Source: Sphingomonadales bacterium | GTDB taxonomy: Bacteria; Bacteroidota; Bacteroidia; UBA7662 | Assembly: GCA_016872215.1 (NCBI GenBank) | Contig: VHAX01000006.1 | Span: 5,115 to 69,114, forward strand | Length of the DNA: 64,000 nt | Direction of reading: 5' to 3' | Part shown: piece after piece, positions 49,695 to 59,151 of the stretch | Position numbering within the stretch: the first letter of the stretch is position 1 | Layout of the letters: the number at the start of each line of letters is the position of its first letter | The notes under the pieces: model-generated | What the model was told of the DNA's origin: nothing | Databases searched by the model: none | The model's input: only the letters and a program-made list of their open reading frames with translations | Translations under genes and position numbers: made by a program

Positions 49695-51233
49695 TTATTT
49701 TTGGGTGATCCGGCGGACCCGTACACGGGCGGCCAATGTGGTTGGTAGCGTATAGTCACCACGACTCGATTGCAAACAAACCACATCGGCTTGATCCGCA
49801 TAGATACGGGTGAAGGGCTGACCAGCGCTTATGCCTGCGTCCCACAATTTCAGTCGCACCCCTTCATCGGGTTGGGCGGATAGGATCATGCCCGCTTCGC
49901 CTGGTTCCAGTTCGGTGAGCCGGATAAACGATAAGTCTTCCAGATGCAGGTCATTTGTAGCCTCCCGTTGGGGAATTGAGGAGCCGTGTGGGTCGGTGAC
50001 CGGGTAACCCAGGCGGGCATCTACCGCATCGATAAAGCCTTGAGGCAGGCTATGTTCATAACGCTCGGCTTGCGCGTGCAGTTGACCTTCTGAAAGACCC
50101 ATTTCACGCCACAGATAGCTCTCCCACAAGCGATGCGCCCGAATAAGTTCGTAGGCGCGCTCGAGCCCGGCATCCGTCAACTTCCAACTCCCGCGACTCC
50201 CCTGCAATATCCATCCCCTGTTTTTCAATGATTGGAGACGCCTTAGCACAACACTTTCACTGAGGTTGAGTTTACCCGTGAGCGTATGAGTATCGAACTC
50301 TTCCCGTTCCTGTAGTTTTACGATCAGTTTCAGCACGTCCTCCAGTTGACGGGTGTGGCGGCGACTTCTACCGCGCAGGAATTGGGGGATGAGACCGTTA
50401 TCGGGGGAAAATAGTACGGCGAGCAGATATAGGACAAACGCCAGCAGGGTCATTGCAGGACCCGGAGGAAATTCCATCAGAATTGCTAGTATTAGTCCAC
50501 CCACGGCGGAAGCCACTCCGGTTGCGGCCGACAACAACAAAACCATGGGTAGTCGCTTGCTCAGGTGTAAGGCCGTCGACGCGGGTATGATGAGCATGGC
50601 CACTACCAGCACCACGCCCACCGACTGCAGGGAGGCAACTACAGCAAAGCTCAGGAGCAACATCATAAAATAATGCATCCAGTCGACCCGAATGCCGGAT
50701 GTTTGGGCGGTTACGACCTGGAAGGTGGTGATGAAGAAAAAGCGATAGAATAGTAGTATGCAGGCCACTGTGTATAATGCAATCAGTGCCCCAAGCCATA
50801 AATCCTCGTTGCCTATTCCCAAGACATTCCCGAACAGAAAGTCCTTCATGTCGAGGTGCACCCCCTGTCGGCGGGTTACCGCGGAAATTCCTATAATCCC
50901 CAGGGCGAACATGGCCGAGAATATGATACCGATCGCGGCATCTTCGCGGGCTTTGATTTTGCGCTGTAGCCAGGTGATCGCGGTGGCGGCTATAAGTCCC
51001 GCCACCACCGAACCTGTGAAAAAGGCGACCAGACTATGGCCGGCAATTAGAAATCCCGCCACAACACCAGGCAGGATAGCGTGCGACAAAGCGTCTCCGA
51101 TGAGCGACATATTTCTAAGTACTATGAACACCCCAAGCAGGCCACAGGTAATGCCAACGAGCACGGAGGCTAGCAGGGCACGTTGGGCGTAGGCCTGCTG
51201 CAGGATTTCGATGAGTTCACTATGGCCGTTCAT
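49695..51233 (-). CDS. Metal (Mn/Zn-type) ABC transporter permease fused to a C-terminal DtxR/MntR-family metal-dependent repressor domain
   Basis: N-terminal ~290 aa are an ABC-3 permease (8-9 TM helices; GDALSHAILPGV motif). The C-terminal ~220 aa carry a winged-HTH (…LKLIVKLQEREE…VLRRLQSLKNRGWI…), a DtxR-like dimerisation region and an SH3/FeoA-like tail. The ORF is continuous. Confidence 0.7.
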   Translation of the reverse strand: MNGHSELIEILQQAYAQRALLASVLVGITCGLLGVFIVLRNMSLIGDALSHAILPGVVAGFLIAGHSLVAFFTGSVVAGLIAATAITWLQRKIKAREDAAIGIIFSAMFALGIIGISAVTRRQGVHLDMKDFLFGNVLGIGNEDLWLGALIALYTVACILLFYRFFFITTFQVVTAQTSGIRVDWMHYFMMLLLSFAVVASLQSVGVVLVVAMLIIPASTALHLSKRLPMVLLLSAATGVASAVGGLILAILMEFPPGPAMTLLAFVLYLLAVLFSPDNGLIPQFLRGRSRRHTRQLEDVLKLIVKLQEREEFDTHTLTGKLNLSESVVLRRLQSLKNRGWILQGSRGSWKLTDAGLERAYELIRAHRLWESYLWREMGLSEGQLHAQAERYEHSLPQGFIDAVDARLGYPVTDPHGSSIPQREATNDLHLEDLSFIRLTELEPGEAGMILSAQPDEGVRLKLWDAGISAGQPFTRIYADQADVVCLQSSRGDYTLPTTLAARVRVRRITQK

Positions 51234-53407
51234 TTGGGTCCCAGTTGGTTGTGGTGAATCACTCCCGCTTCGTCGTAGAGTGAATGGAGTCCGGAATAGG
51301 TTTTCAGGATGTTCTCTTCGGTGAGGACTTCCTCGGGTCGACCAAATGCAATCAATCGCCGGTTGATGAGTATAATCTGATCAAAGATGCTGCGGGCACG
51401 GGTCAGATCATGGTGGATCATGAGCACCGATTTGCCAGTTTCCACCTCACGGCGCAGTACCTGTAGAATTTTATCCTCGGTAGATTGGTCAACTCCTGTG
51501 AAGGGCTCATCGAGCAGGTACCATTGGGGGCGTTGACAAAGTGTGCGGGCCAGAAATGCCCTTTGTTGTTGTCCACCGGAGAGGCCTCCAATCGGGCGGT
51601 GGCGCAGATGAAGGATGTCGAGTTCACTCATAGCTCGTTCCGCCTCCTGTAGGTCGTTTGGGTTGAGGAACTCCGCAGGCCGGTGGTGCGGATAGCGTCC
51701 CGTCAGCACCACATCTTGCACGGTGGCGGGAAAATTGAGGTCAATTTCCTCCCTTTGTGGCACATAGGCAACGCCTGTTGTGTGGTGGTGGAGGGGGTGG
51801 CCTGCCAGCTGCACACTCCCGCTGTCTGTTGATATGAGTCCGAGGGCCGACTTGAAGAGGGTGCTCTTTCCGGATCCATTGGGACCGACCAAGCCATAGA
51901 AGGCACCTGCGGGCAGGTCTAGCGAGAAATGCTGCAGTACGATGGTTTGTGAGTATGAGACCGATAGGCCGTCGATTTGCAGGGGGTGGCTGCGGAGGTC
52001 GATTTTCGGGGCGGGGCGTTGAATACGAAGGATCAGGAAAAAAACTGCGGCGGAAAAGCAGGCCACAATGATTAAAAGGAAAGCGAGGTTGCCGTTTTGT
52101 GAATGTTTGTCTGAGGGGTCTTCTGCTGGAATCGTTGTCTGGCCCTCCCTTTCCTGCAGCCCGCCGGAACCTGTTTCCTGTTGCGCACCGGAGCCTGTTT
52201 CCTGCAGCGCACCGGAACCTGTTTCCTGTTGCGCGCCGGAATCTATTCCCTCCGGTGCAAGTGCGGCTGCCAGTACCCTTGCGTTGTGTTTGAGCATGCT
52301 CAGGTATGTGTCGGCCCCGCTTCCTTTCGGGCCCATGCTGTCGGCATACAACTTTCCACCCAGGCGAATTCCACAATCTCGGGCCACTTGTTGCATGAGT
52401 CGCGGATTGAGTGTGGTTTCTACAAACAGCGCGGGTAGTTGCCGGCTTTGGATGTTTCTGATCATTTCCTGCAGGTCACCCGCCCGTATTTCAGCATCGG
52501 TAGTGGTGCCCAGTAGCGATAGAACCCCAAAGCCATAGCGGTTACCCATATAACGGAACGCATCGTGAGTGGTGGCGATGACCCGATGTTCGGGGGGAAT
52601 GGTCAACAAGATTCGCCGGATGTAGACGTCGGTTTTCTGAATTTGTTGATCATAATGATACCACCTGTTCACCAGTTCCTCTTGATGCTCGGGCAGAATG
52701 CTGATAAGAGCTTCGCAGATGTTGCGGGCGTATGCGCGGCCGTGTATGGGGTCCATCCAGGCGTGGGGGTCTACGCTTCCTGCGTGTTCAATGCTTTGGA
52801 TGGGCACGATTCCGCGTGTGGCGGTCACCCTAAGGGCTTGTTTACTGGTGTTTCGGATCAATTTTTCCAGCCAGCCCTCCAGTGTGAGTCCGTTTTCTAT
52901 GACCACGTCTGCCCTTGCCAGCAGCGCGGCGTCTCCAGGCGTGGCTTCATAGGTATGGGGGTCGGTACCTGTGGGGAGCAGCGACACCACTTCGCAGGCA
53001 TCACCGGCGAGGTTGGCGGTTATATCGGCCAGGAACCCGGTTGTGGCCACCACCAAGGGGCGTTGCCCCGGGCCTTTTTTGTTACTTGTTTGGTGGGATG
53101 TGGATTCAGGATTAGGAGAAGCAGACCGCTGTTTGGAATTTTGATCGAGTTGTTTTAAGGATGCGGATTGAGTGCCTTTACCATTTTGCCCGTTGGCATC
53201 TAGTGATGTGTTAAGGGTAATGTGCTCCATGTTGACGCTCGAAAACGTGTTATGAGCGTTACTGGAAGTGGTAGGCACATCGTTGCTTCTGGCGGTAACA
53301 ATAAATAGCGAGATTGTTAGAAATAGGATGAAAAATCGCCAGAATGACCGTAATCGGGGCATCCGCTTCAAAATAGGTCGACGAACAGCGCTCATGGGGA
53401 AATGCAA
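51230..53407 (-). CDS. Fusion of signal peptide, periplasmic metal-binding protein (ZnuA/MntA-like), repeat linker, single TM helix and ABC ATPase (ZnuC/MntB-like)
   Basis: Signal peptide (…FILFLTISLFIVTARS), S/N/T-rich extension and a cluster-A-1 SBP domain (LVVATTGFLADITANLAG…DPHAWMDP…). Then a linker with 3x ETGSGAQQ, a hydrophobic helix LAFLLIIVACFSAAVFFLIL, and an ABC NBD (GPNGSGKST, LSGGQQQRAFLAR, LLDEPFTGVD). It is a single 725-aa ORF. Confidence 0.7.
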   Translation of the reverse strand: MHFPMSAVRRPILKRMPRLRSFWRFFILFLTISLFIVTARSNDVPTTSSNAHNTFSSVNMEHITLNTSLDANGQNGKGTQSASLKQLDQNSKQRSASPNPESTSHQTSNKKGPGQRPLVVATTGFLADITANLAGDACEVVSLLPTGTDPHTYEATPGDAALLARADVVIENGLTLEGWLEKLIRNTSKQALRVTATRGIVPIQSIEHAGSVDPHAWMDPIHGRAYARNICEALISILPEHQEELVNRWYHYDQQIQKTDVYIRRILLTIPPEHRVIATTHDAFRYMGNRYGFGVLSLLGTTTDAEIRAGDLQEMIRNIQSRQLPALFVETTLNPRLMQQVARDCGIRLGGKLYADSMGPKGSGADTYLSMLKHNARVLAAALAPEGIDSGAQQETGSGALQETGSGAQQETGSGGLQEREGQTTIPAEDPSDKHSQNGNLAFLLIIVACFSAAVFFLILRIQRPAPKIDLRSHPLQIDGLSVSYSQTIVLQHFSLDLPAGAFYGLVGPNGSGKSTLFKSALGLISTDSGSVQLAGHPLHHHTTGVAYVPQREEIDLNFPATVQDVVLTGRYPHHRPAEFLNPNDLQEAERAMSELDILHLRHRPIGGLSGGQQQRAFLARTLCQRPQWYLLDEPFTGVDQSTEDKILQVLRREVETGKSVLMIHHDLTRARSIFDQIILINRRLIAFGRPEEVLTEENILKTYSGLHSLYDEAGVIHHNQLGPK
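52140..52262 (-). repeat. In-frame 21-bp x3 tandem repeat encoding the (ETGSGAQQ)-type linker of the SBP–ATPase fusion
   Basis: (ccggaacctgtttcctgttgcgcac)-like units repeated. The peptide is GAQQETGSGALQETGSGAQQETGSGGLQE. Confidence 0.6.
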
Positions 53408-53416
53408 AAATACAGA

Positions 53417-53433
53417 ATTTAGACTAGTCTAAT
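53417..53433. promoter_or_regulatory. Palindromic operator-like site ATTTAGAC-TA-GTCTAAT directly upstream of the metal ABC operon (candidate DtxR/MntR box)
   Basis: TTAGAC-TA-GTCTAA is a perfect inverted repeat starting 12 bp upstream of the annotated start codon (53407). It is near-identical to the site at 11036-11054. Confidence 0.4.
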
Positions 53434-53792
53434 ATTTAATTTCGATGTGTCTTAAATCGCATAAGTTAAGTTTATTCACAAATGAAATTTTGGTATCCAA
53501 ACTCTTTCCGCAAATTCTGTGTTTATTTTGCGTATTCAAATTTCTACTGCTTATGTTCTTTTTCTTGCCGCCTTCACCCCCAGCCGCTCCTGTAGTCGTC
53601 AACGTTCTGGCTGTTGATCCACCCAAATCAGACGGACGGCTCCTGACTGGTGGTGTAAACCGTTACGCATCTCGCATCTTCCTCCCAGCCATTTGGGCTG
53701 TCGGAATACCTGCCATGCCTAGATCTTCCTTACCCAACTCCTTTAACGAATCCATCTTAAACCAACATATTCTTCATTCTAAATCCAATAAA

Positions 53793-54401
53793 ATGTCATT
53801 TGAATTACCTCCCCTCCCCTACGCCTACGACGCGCTGGAACCGCACATCGATTCATCCACCATGCAAATTCACCATGGTAAACACCACGCGGCTTACGTC
53901 AACAATCTAAATGCAGCCCTCACAGGAACGCCACATGAGGGCAAGTCACTCGAAGAGCTGATGTCGATCGTGAGTCAGTTGTCGCCCGCTGTTCGGAACA
54001 ATGGTGGCGGTCACTACAACCATAGCTTGTTCTGGACAGTTTTGTCGCCCAAAGGCAGTGGCGCCCCAACCGGAGAATTGGCCAACGCCATACAGCGTGA
54101 CTTCGGGTCTTTTGAGACTTTCAAAGAGAAGTTTGCGCAGGCCGCGGCCACACGTTTTGGTTCCGGATGGGCCTGGCTGTGCTCGGAAAAAGGAAAACTA
54201 TCGATTTGTAGTACGCCCAACCAAGACAATCCCCTGATGGATGTGGTTACGGATTGCAACGGCATTCCAGTATTGGGATTGGATGTATGGGAACACGCGT
54301 ACTATCTCAAATACCAGAACCGCCGCACCGACTACATATCAGCGTTCTGGAATGTGGTGAATTGGGATGAGGTCAGCCGACGATACGCTGCGGCACGCTA
54401 A
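53793..54401 (+). CDS. sodA: Fe/Mn-family superoxide dismutase
   Basis: [32 protein letters not shown]...[18 protein letters not shown]. The ORF-track entry 53445..54401 includes a spurious 5' extension, and the true start is the Met at 53793. Confidence 0.9.
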   Translation: MSFELPPLPYAYDALEPHIDSSTMQIHHGKHHAAYVNNLNAALTGTPHEGKSLEELMSIVSQLSPAVRNNGGGHYNHSLFWTVLSPKGSGAPTGELANAIQRDFGSFETFKEKFAQAAATRFGSGWAWLCSEKGKLSICSTPNQDNPLMDVVTDCNGIPVLGLDVWEHAYYLKYQNRRTDYISAFWNVVNWDEVSRRYAAAR

Positions 54402-54423
54402 TTCTCATTATTTTATTATGTTC

Positions 54424-54458
54424 AAAAAAAAGCCGGTTCGCAAAAACCGGCTTTTTTT
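54424..54458. terminator. Bidirectional rho-independent terminator between sodA and susD
   Basis: A8-AGCCGGTT-cgcaaa-AACCGGCT-T7: a perfect 8-bp stem flanked by A and T runs on both sides. Confidence 0.6.
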
Positions 54459-54470
54459 ACCTGTGGGGGG

Positions 54471-55787
54471 TTATTGATCCCACCAAAGACGTTGCAGAAA
54501 CCCATCAGCACCCTGTAAATCGATAAAATTGCTGTTGTAGAGGCGCTCATTCTGAGGATAAGGAAGTCTACGGGGAATTTCAGCGTATTGGGCGCCTGGA
54601 TAGACAGCGAGCGTTGGATAATTGGTGCGGCGCCAATCGGTCCACGCTTCCACATGTGAGAACATCGCCACGTACTTTTCGTTCATAACCTGCTCCAGAG
54701 TTGGATTGGCAGCAAGTGCGTTCAAATAGGTTGTGGCAGCTGCTGAGGGAACGCCTAAAGCCGACATATTGGCGTCCACCGCAGAGATAAGCGCCGTGCC
54801 TGCACCCGATGACTGGCGCTGGCGAACTTCAGCCTCGATGAACTTCAATTCCGCATAGGTCATCAAATTCAGCGGCGAGGTTTCCGAACCATAAGCAGGC
54901 ATTTCGGAAGAGTCGGCCGAACGATAAAGAGATATTCTCGGGTCATTTTTACCCTCCATCAGGGTATACATGGTGCCAAATTGACTAATATATCCAGCTC
55001 TTTGGGTGTTGAACTGATACCAGGGATTGGTGTTGGGCGACACCTGGAAGGTAATGCGCGCATCATCGGCGTTCGACGACAAACCTGCGGCAACTTCTGT
55101 CAGAATCGCAGCTGGGTTGTAATCAGGTTTCTTCGAAAGATGGTTCATGTAGCGCGCTTTCAGGGAATGCGCCAGTTTGGTCCACCTGGTCAGATTGCCC
55201 GCATATACCAAATCCTCGGCACCTGGCTTGGTAGATGATGCAGTGGCCGCCATATTGGCGATTGCCTCATCCAACAAGGTCATGATGCTTGCATAAATCT
55301 GCGCTTGCGAATCATAGGACGGATTCAAGCCATCGGCACCCTTCATGGCATCGGAATAGGGGATGTTACCCCAGATGTCAGTGAAGTGTCCCAGGTACAT
55401 AGCTGTCATCACCTTTGCAACACCCGCATAATGTGGGGACGATGCCTCAGTCTTGTCGATGATGATTTTCAAGTCATACAAGCCGCCGGCGTATCCATTG
55501 TCGGACCACACCTGATCGAAATCAGCCTCACCGATTTGCGCGTAGCGGTTATGGGCGAGCGACTGCCGGTCGGTGCCGGTCATTTGCTGCATGAAAATGG
55601 AAGTGAGGCGGGCCACCGCATCGCCCTGTGCCATCCCGAAGGAGATTTGGGCGGAGGGAAGCAAAACCTGAACTGATACGTCCGACGGGCGGGCAGGATC
55701 GGTGGAATATTCTTCCAACCATTCCTTAGAGCACCCCGCAAGAACGAAAAGCAGGAAGGTGAGTGAAAAATAAGTTAGTTTTTTCAT
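54471..55787 (-). CDS. SusD/RagB-family nutrient-binding outer-membrane lipoprotein
   Basis: Lipoprotein signal (LFVLAGCSKEW), TPR-like helical fold typical of SusD, and a position immediately downstream of a SusC-like gene. Confidence 0.8.
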   Translation of the reverse strand: MKKLTYFSLTFLLFVLAGCSKEWLEEYSTDPARPSDVSVQVLLPSAQISFGMAQGDAVARLTSIFMQQMTGTDRQSLAHNRYAQIGEADFDQVWSDNGYAGGLYDLKIIIDKTEASSPHYAGVAKVMTAMYLGHFTDIWGNIPYSDAMKGADGLNPSYDSQAQIYASIMTLLDEAIANMAATASSTKPGAEDLVYAGNLTRWTKLAHSLKARYMNHLSKKPDYNPAAILTEVAAGLSSNADDARITFQVSPNTNPWYQFNTQRAGYISQFGTMYTLMEGKNDPRISLYRSADSSEMPAYGSETSPLNLMTYAELKFIEAEVRQRQSSGAGTALISAVDANMSALGVPSAAATTYLNALAANPTLEQVMNEKYVAMFSHVEAWTDWRRTNYPTLAVYPGAQYAEIPRRLPYPQNERLYNSNFIDLQGADGFLQRLWWDQ

Positions 55788-55802
55788 GTTTCTTATCTGT
55801 TT

Positions 55803-58800
55803 TTAGAAGTTGGCTTTCAGACTGAAGATAATGCCCTTAGTGTTGGGCATGTTGAAGTAATCGGCGCCCTGACTATTTGTAGCACCCGAAAGGTTCGTTT
55901 CTGGGTCTATGCCTTTGTAGTCGGTAAACAACAATAGGTTTCTTCCGGATACACCGAGTGTGATGCCTTTTAGGGTACTTCCCGATTTAAAGTGATCGGA
56001 AGGCAAGCGGTAGTTCAAAGAAAGTTGACGCAGGCGAACCCAGGACCCGTCCTCGATGAATGGACTTGAGGCACCGGTGAAGCCACTGAGTGGACCCGTT
56101 GCATATGAAGTGTAGTCTGCCGGAATGGGAGTATTGTTGGCCTGTCCGCTCACGTCTTCGCCATTGATGATGGTTCCAGGTGCATAAACACCCGTGTTTC
56201 CAGTTTTTACATCAGTCCAAACAAACTCGCCAGAGCGATCACCGCCTAAATCGGCATGGGTGCCGAAATAGTAGAGCGCACCGCGGGTACCGTTCCATAT
56301 GTCGCCGCCCTGACGAATGTCCCAAAGCATGTCCATGCTCCAATTGCCCCAGCTGAGGTCTGAGTTTATGCCCATCAGCCAATCGGGGTTCGGATTGCCC
56401 ACCACAACTTCTGTTGATGAATAGATTGGGTAGCCATTCTCATCAACCAAAGCATTGCCATTGGCGTCGCGCTCCCAGTCATCCCCATACAGGGTTCCAT
56501 AGGCCTCGCCTTTCACAAGGCGCTGATTGGCACCGTAAAAGCCCCATGGCAAGTCGATGACATCCACTCCAGGGGCTAGTTCAACTACCTTGTTGCGGTT
56601 TCGGGTAAACACCACGCCTGCATTCCATTTCAACGAATTGTTGTCGACCAGCTTGATGCGGGTGTTCAACTCGATACCCTTATTTTCCATCTGACCAATG
56701 TTCTGGTACATATTCGTGAATCCAGTCGAACCAGCAACGGGCACCGCAACGATCAAGTCCTTCGACTGCTGGTTGTAATAGGTAAGGTCGACAGTGATGC
56801 GATTGTCGAGCAGACCCAATTCCAGGCCGATTTCATTGGTTTGGGTGAACTCAGGTCGCAGGTTGGGGTTACCCAGTACATCCGACAGGGAGAAGCCCGT
56901 TGTGGTGCCAAAGGGGAATTGTATGCCATCGATCCAGCCTGAAAAGGAGCCGGCTTTGTTGTAATAGGTGCGGTTGGAACCAAAGGCTGGCTCAAGACCC
57001 ACCTTGGCTGTAGAGAACCGTAGTTTACCTGAGCTCAAGGTGCCCGTATTCATGCCAAATGTCTCGCTGAACATCCAGCTTCCGCTAACGGATGGATAGA
57101 AGATAACCTGAGACACATCTCCAAAAGTGGAGGCTTGGTCGCCCCGTGCGGTAGCGGTCAGGAAGAACTGGTTTTGGTAGCCGAGCGACAATTCTCCATA
57201 AACTCCGGCGAGTCGACGGCGCTCCACGCTTTGTGAGGCAATGATGTTCGAAGCGTTGGATAGGTTATTGAATCCTTCTAACGCATAGCCATCTCCTTGT
57301 GCATAAACGTTATCCAAGTTGCGCTGGTTCACATTCCAGCCCAGCAACAGATTGGCATCGAGGTCGCCGAATTGCTTTTTGGCTCGGGCCACCAGATCAC
57401 TGTTTAATTCCGACCAGGTATATACGTCTTCTATGATCCGGCCATTCACGGCTGTACGTGATTGCCTGGCCAAAATTTGTGTCCTGCGGTCGGTGTAGTT
57501 ATCCGTACCCAGACGGTACATTAAAGATAGCCAATCGTTCGCATTGTAATCGGCTTGTACATATCCCTGCACACGGTTCACTTTGTCGTTGAATGGGTTT
57601 TTGTTTATGGTCCAATAAGGGTTATCATAGGTGGTGTGGTACCTGCGTTGTGTTCCGTTTGGTAAAAGGAATGATGCAGGATCATCGGCCTCCGTGGCGC
57701 CCCCTGAATTGTCAAATGTGGGCGAAGTGCGCAGCAATCCCAGCATGAGTCCAGAGGTATTTGAACCCTGTTGAATGCGCTGACCACCGGAGGTAGAGAA
57801 ATTTACGGATGATGACAATTTCATTTTTTGTGAAACTTGAGCCATACCGCTTGCGCGAACGGTAGTTCTGCTGAACTCATTCAAGGGAATGATCCCCGAC
57901 TCGCGGAGATTACCAACCGACATATAATAGGTGGTGCGGTCATTTCCTCCCGAAACACTCAAATTGTTGTTGAACCGGTATCCCGTGCGGAAGAAATCGT
58001 ATTGCTCGAATTTGGGTACAGTTCCTTTCGTGCCGGGTGCCATGAGGGAGTCAACCCCAGTGATGCTGCCACTGCTTGTGAAGCCCAAATCGCTGACTTT
58101 TGGTCCCCATGAAAAGGGTGTGGAGTTTCCGTTGGCGAATGAACGATAAACGCCCAGCCCTTGTGCATAGGTGTCCTGCAGTTCGGGGAGTTTGTTGGGC
58201 GACATGGTTTCCATGGAGGAAGAATAGTCGACCGTGAACGGGCGATTGAACTTGCCTTTCTTGGTGGTGATCAGGATCACACCATTGGCACCCCTGGTGC
58301 CATAAAGTGAAGCGGCGGCCCCGCCTTTCAATACTGAAATATCCTCGATGTCATCGGGGTTGATGTCGATGGCACGATTTGAAAGAGATACCCCGGCGCG
58401 CAAGTCCTCGGTGTTTAGTTGAGAGTTATCGATTGGCACCCCATCCACCACAAATAGCGGTTGGTTGTCATTCGCGCTGAACGAGGCGTTACCCCTGATT
58501 TTAATGTAGGAGGCAGCTCCGGCGGCACCACTCGAAGCGGTTACCTGAACCCCGGCGGCTTTGGCTGACATGGCGGATACCATATTGCTTTCGCCAGATG
58601 CCCGGATTTCGGCCCCTCCGACCTGTTCTACACTGTAACCCAAAGCCTTCTTTTCGCGGTTGATGCCCAATGCGGTAATCACCACTTCCCCCAATTGCTC
58701 GGCATCAGGCGACATCAGGACATCCATGGGCGCCGATGTGACCTTCATCGAGAGCTTTTGCATACCCAAATAGGTAAAGCTAATAGTAGCGTCGGCCGAA

Positions 58801-59000
58801 GCCACACGCAGACGGAAATGACCTTCCGCATTGGAGATAGTGCCGTTGGTCGTGCCTGTTTCCACCACGGCAACGCCCGACAACGGTGTTTTTCGGACGG
58901 CATCACGAATAATTCCGGTTGCCGTTATTGATTGAGCTGAGGCTAACCCCATAGGCACAAGCCAGCAAACCAAGCAGAGAAAAAGTTTGTTTGTGTTCAT
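55803..59000 (-). CDS. SusC/RagA-family TonB-linked outer-membrane protein
   Basis: 1065 aa with a signal peptide, CarbopepD_reg-like N-terminal domain, TonB-box/plug (…VLKGGAAASLYGTRGANGVILITTKKG) and a large barrel. Confidence 0.85.
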   Translation of the reverse strand: MNTNKLFLCLVCWLVPMGLASAQSITATGIIRDAVRKTPLSGVAVVETGTTNGTISNAEGHFRLRVASADATISFTYLGMQKLSMKVTSAPMDVLMSPDAEQLGEVVITALGINREKKALGYSVEQVGGAEIRASGESNMVSAMSAKAAGVQVTASSGAAGAASYIKIRGNASFSANDNQPLFVVDGVPIDNSQLNTEDLRAGVSLSNRAIDINPDDIEDISVLKGGAAASLYGTRGANGVILITTKKGKFNRPFTVDYSSSMETMSPNKLPELQDTYAQGLGVYRSFANGNSTPFSWGPKVSDLGFTSSGSITGVDSLMAPGTKGTVPKFEQYDFFRTGYRFNNNLSVSGGNDRTTYYMSVGNLRESGIIPLNEFSRTTVRASGMAQVSQKMKLSSSVNFSTSGGQRIQQGSNTSGLMLGLLRTSPTFDNSGGATEADDPASFLLPNGTQRRYHTTYDNPYWTINKNPFNDKVNRVQGYVQADYNANDWLSLMYRLGTDNYTDRRTQILARQSRTAVNGRIIEDVYTWSELNSDLVARAKKQFGDLDANLLLGWNVNQRNLDNVYAQGDGYALEGFNNLSNASNIIASQSVERRRLAGVYGELSLGYQNQFFLTATARGDQASTFGDVSQVIFYPSVSGSWMFSETFGMNTGTLSSGKLRFSTAKVGLEPAFGSNRTYYNKAGSFSGWIDGIQFPFGTTTGFSLSDVLGNPNLRPEFTQTNEIGLELGLLDNRITVDLTYYNQQSKDLIVAVPVAGSTGFTNMYQNIGQMENKGIELNTRIKLVDNNSLKWNAGVVFTRNRNKVVELAPGVDVIDLPWGFYGANQRLVKGEAYGTLYGDDWERDANGNALVDENGYPIYSSTEVVVGNPNPDWLMGINSDLSWGNWSMDMLWDIRQGGDIWNGTRGALYYFGTHADLGGDRSGEFVWTDVKTGNTGVYAPGTIINGEDVSGQANNTPIPADYTSYATGPLSGFTGASSPFIEDGSWVRLRQLSLNYRLPSDHFKSGSTLKGITLGVSGRNLLLFTDYKGIDPETNLSGATNSQGADYFNMPNTKGIIFSLKANF

Positions 59001-59083
59001 AATTTGGTTTTAGGGTAAAAAAGAAAGGTTGAAACTAGGGTAAAAAAGGTTGAAAACCTGTAAAGGTATAAAAATATTTAAGT

Positions 59084-59125
59084 AAAAAAAAAGCCCTGCA
59101 GGATTAAACTCCTGCAAGGCCTTTT
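59084..59125 (-). terminator. Rho-independent terminator after the OM beta-barrel gene (minus strand)
   Basis: GCCCTGCAGG-attaaact-CCTGCAAGGC (9/10-bp stem) preceded on the plus strand by A9, which is a U-run after the hairpin on the minus-strand transcript. Confidence 0.45.
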
Positions 59126-59151
59126 GAAAAATTTGATTTAAAACTTGCGCG

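Noticed and set aside
51284-53158. Several plus-strand ORFs (for example 52068..52538, 52565..53158) antisense to the SBP–ATPase fusion gene
   Set aside because: They are antisense shadows. One simply mirrors the 21-bp repeat. The minus-strand frame has clear SBP and NBD motifs.
53445-53792. The ORF-track 318-aa ORF 53445..54401 implies a long N-terminal extension on SOD
   Set aside because: The extension ([31 protein letters not shown]…) is low-complexity and AT-rich with no SOD homology. The conserved SOD N-terminus ([20 protein letters not shown]) starts at the internal Met at 53793.
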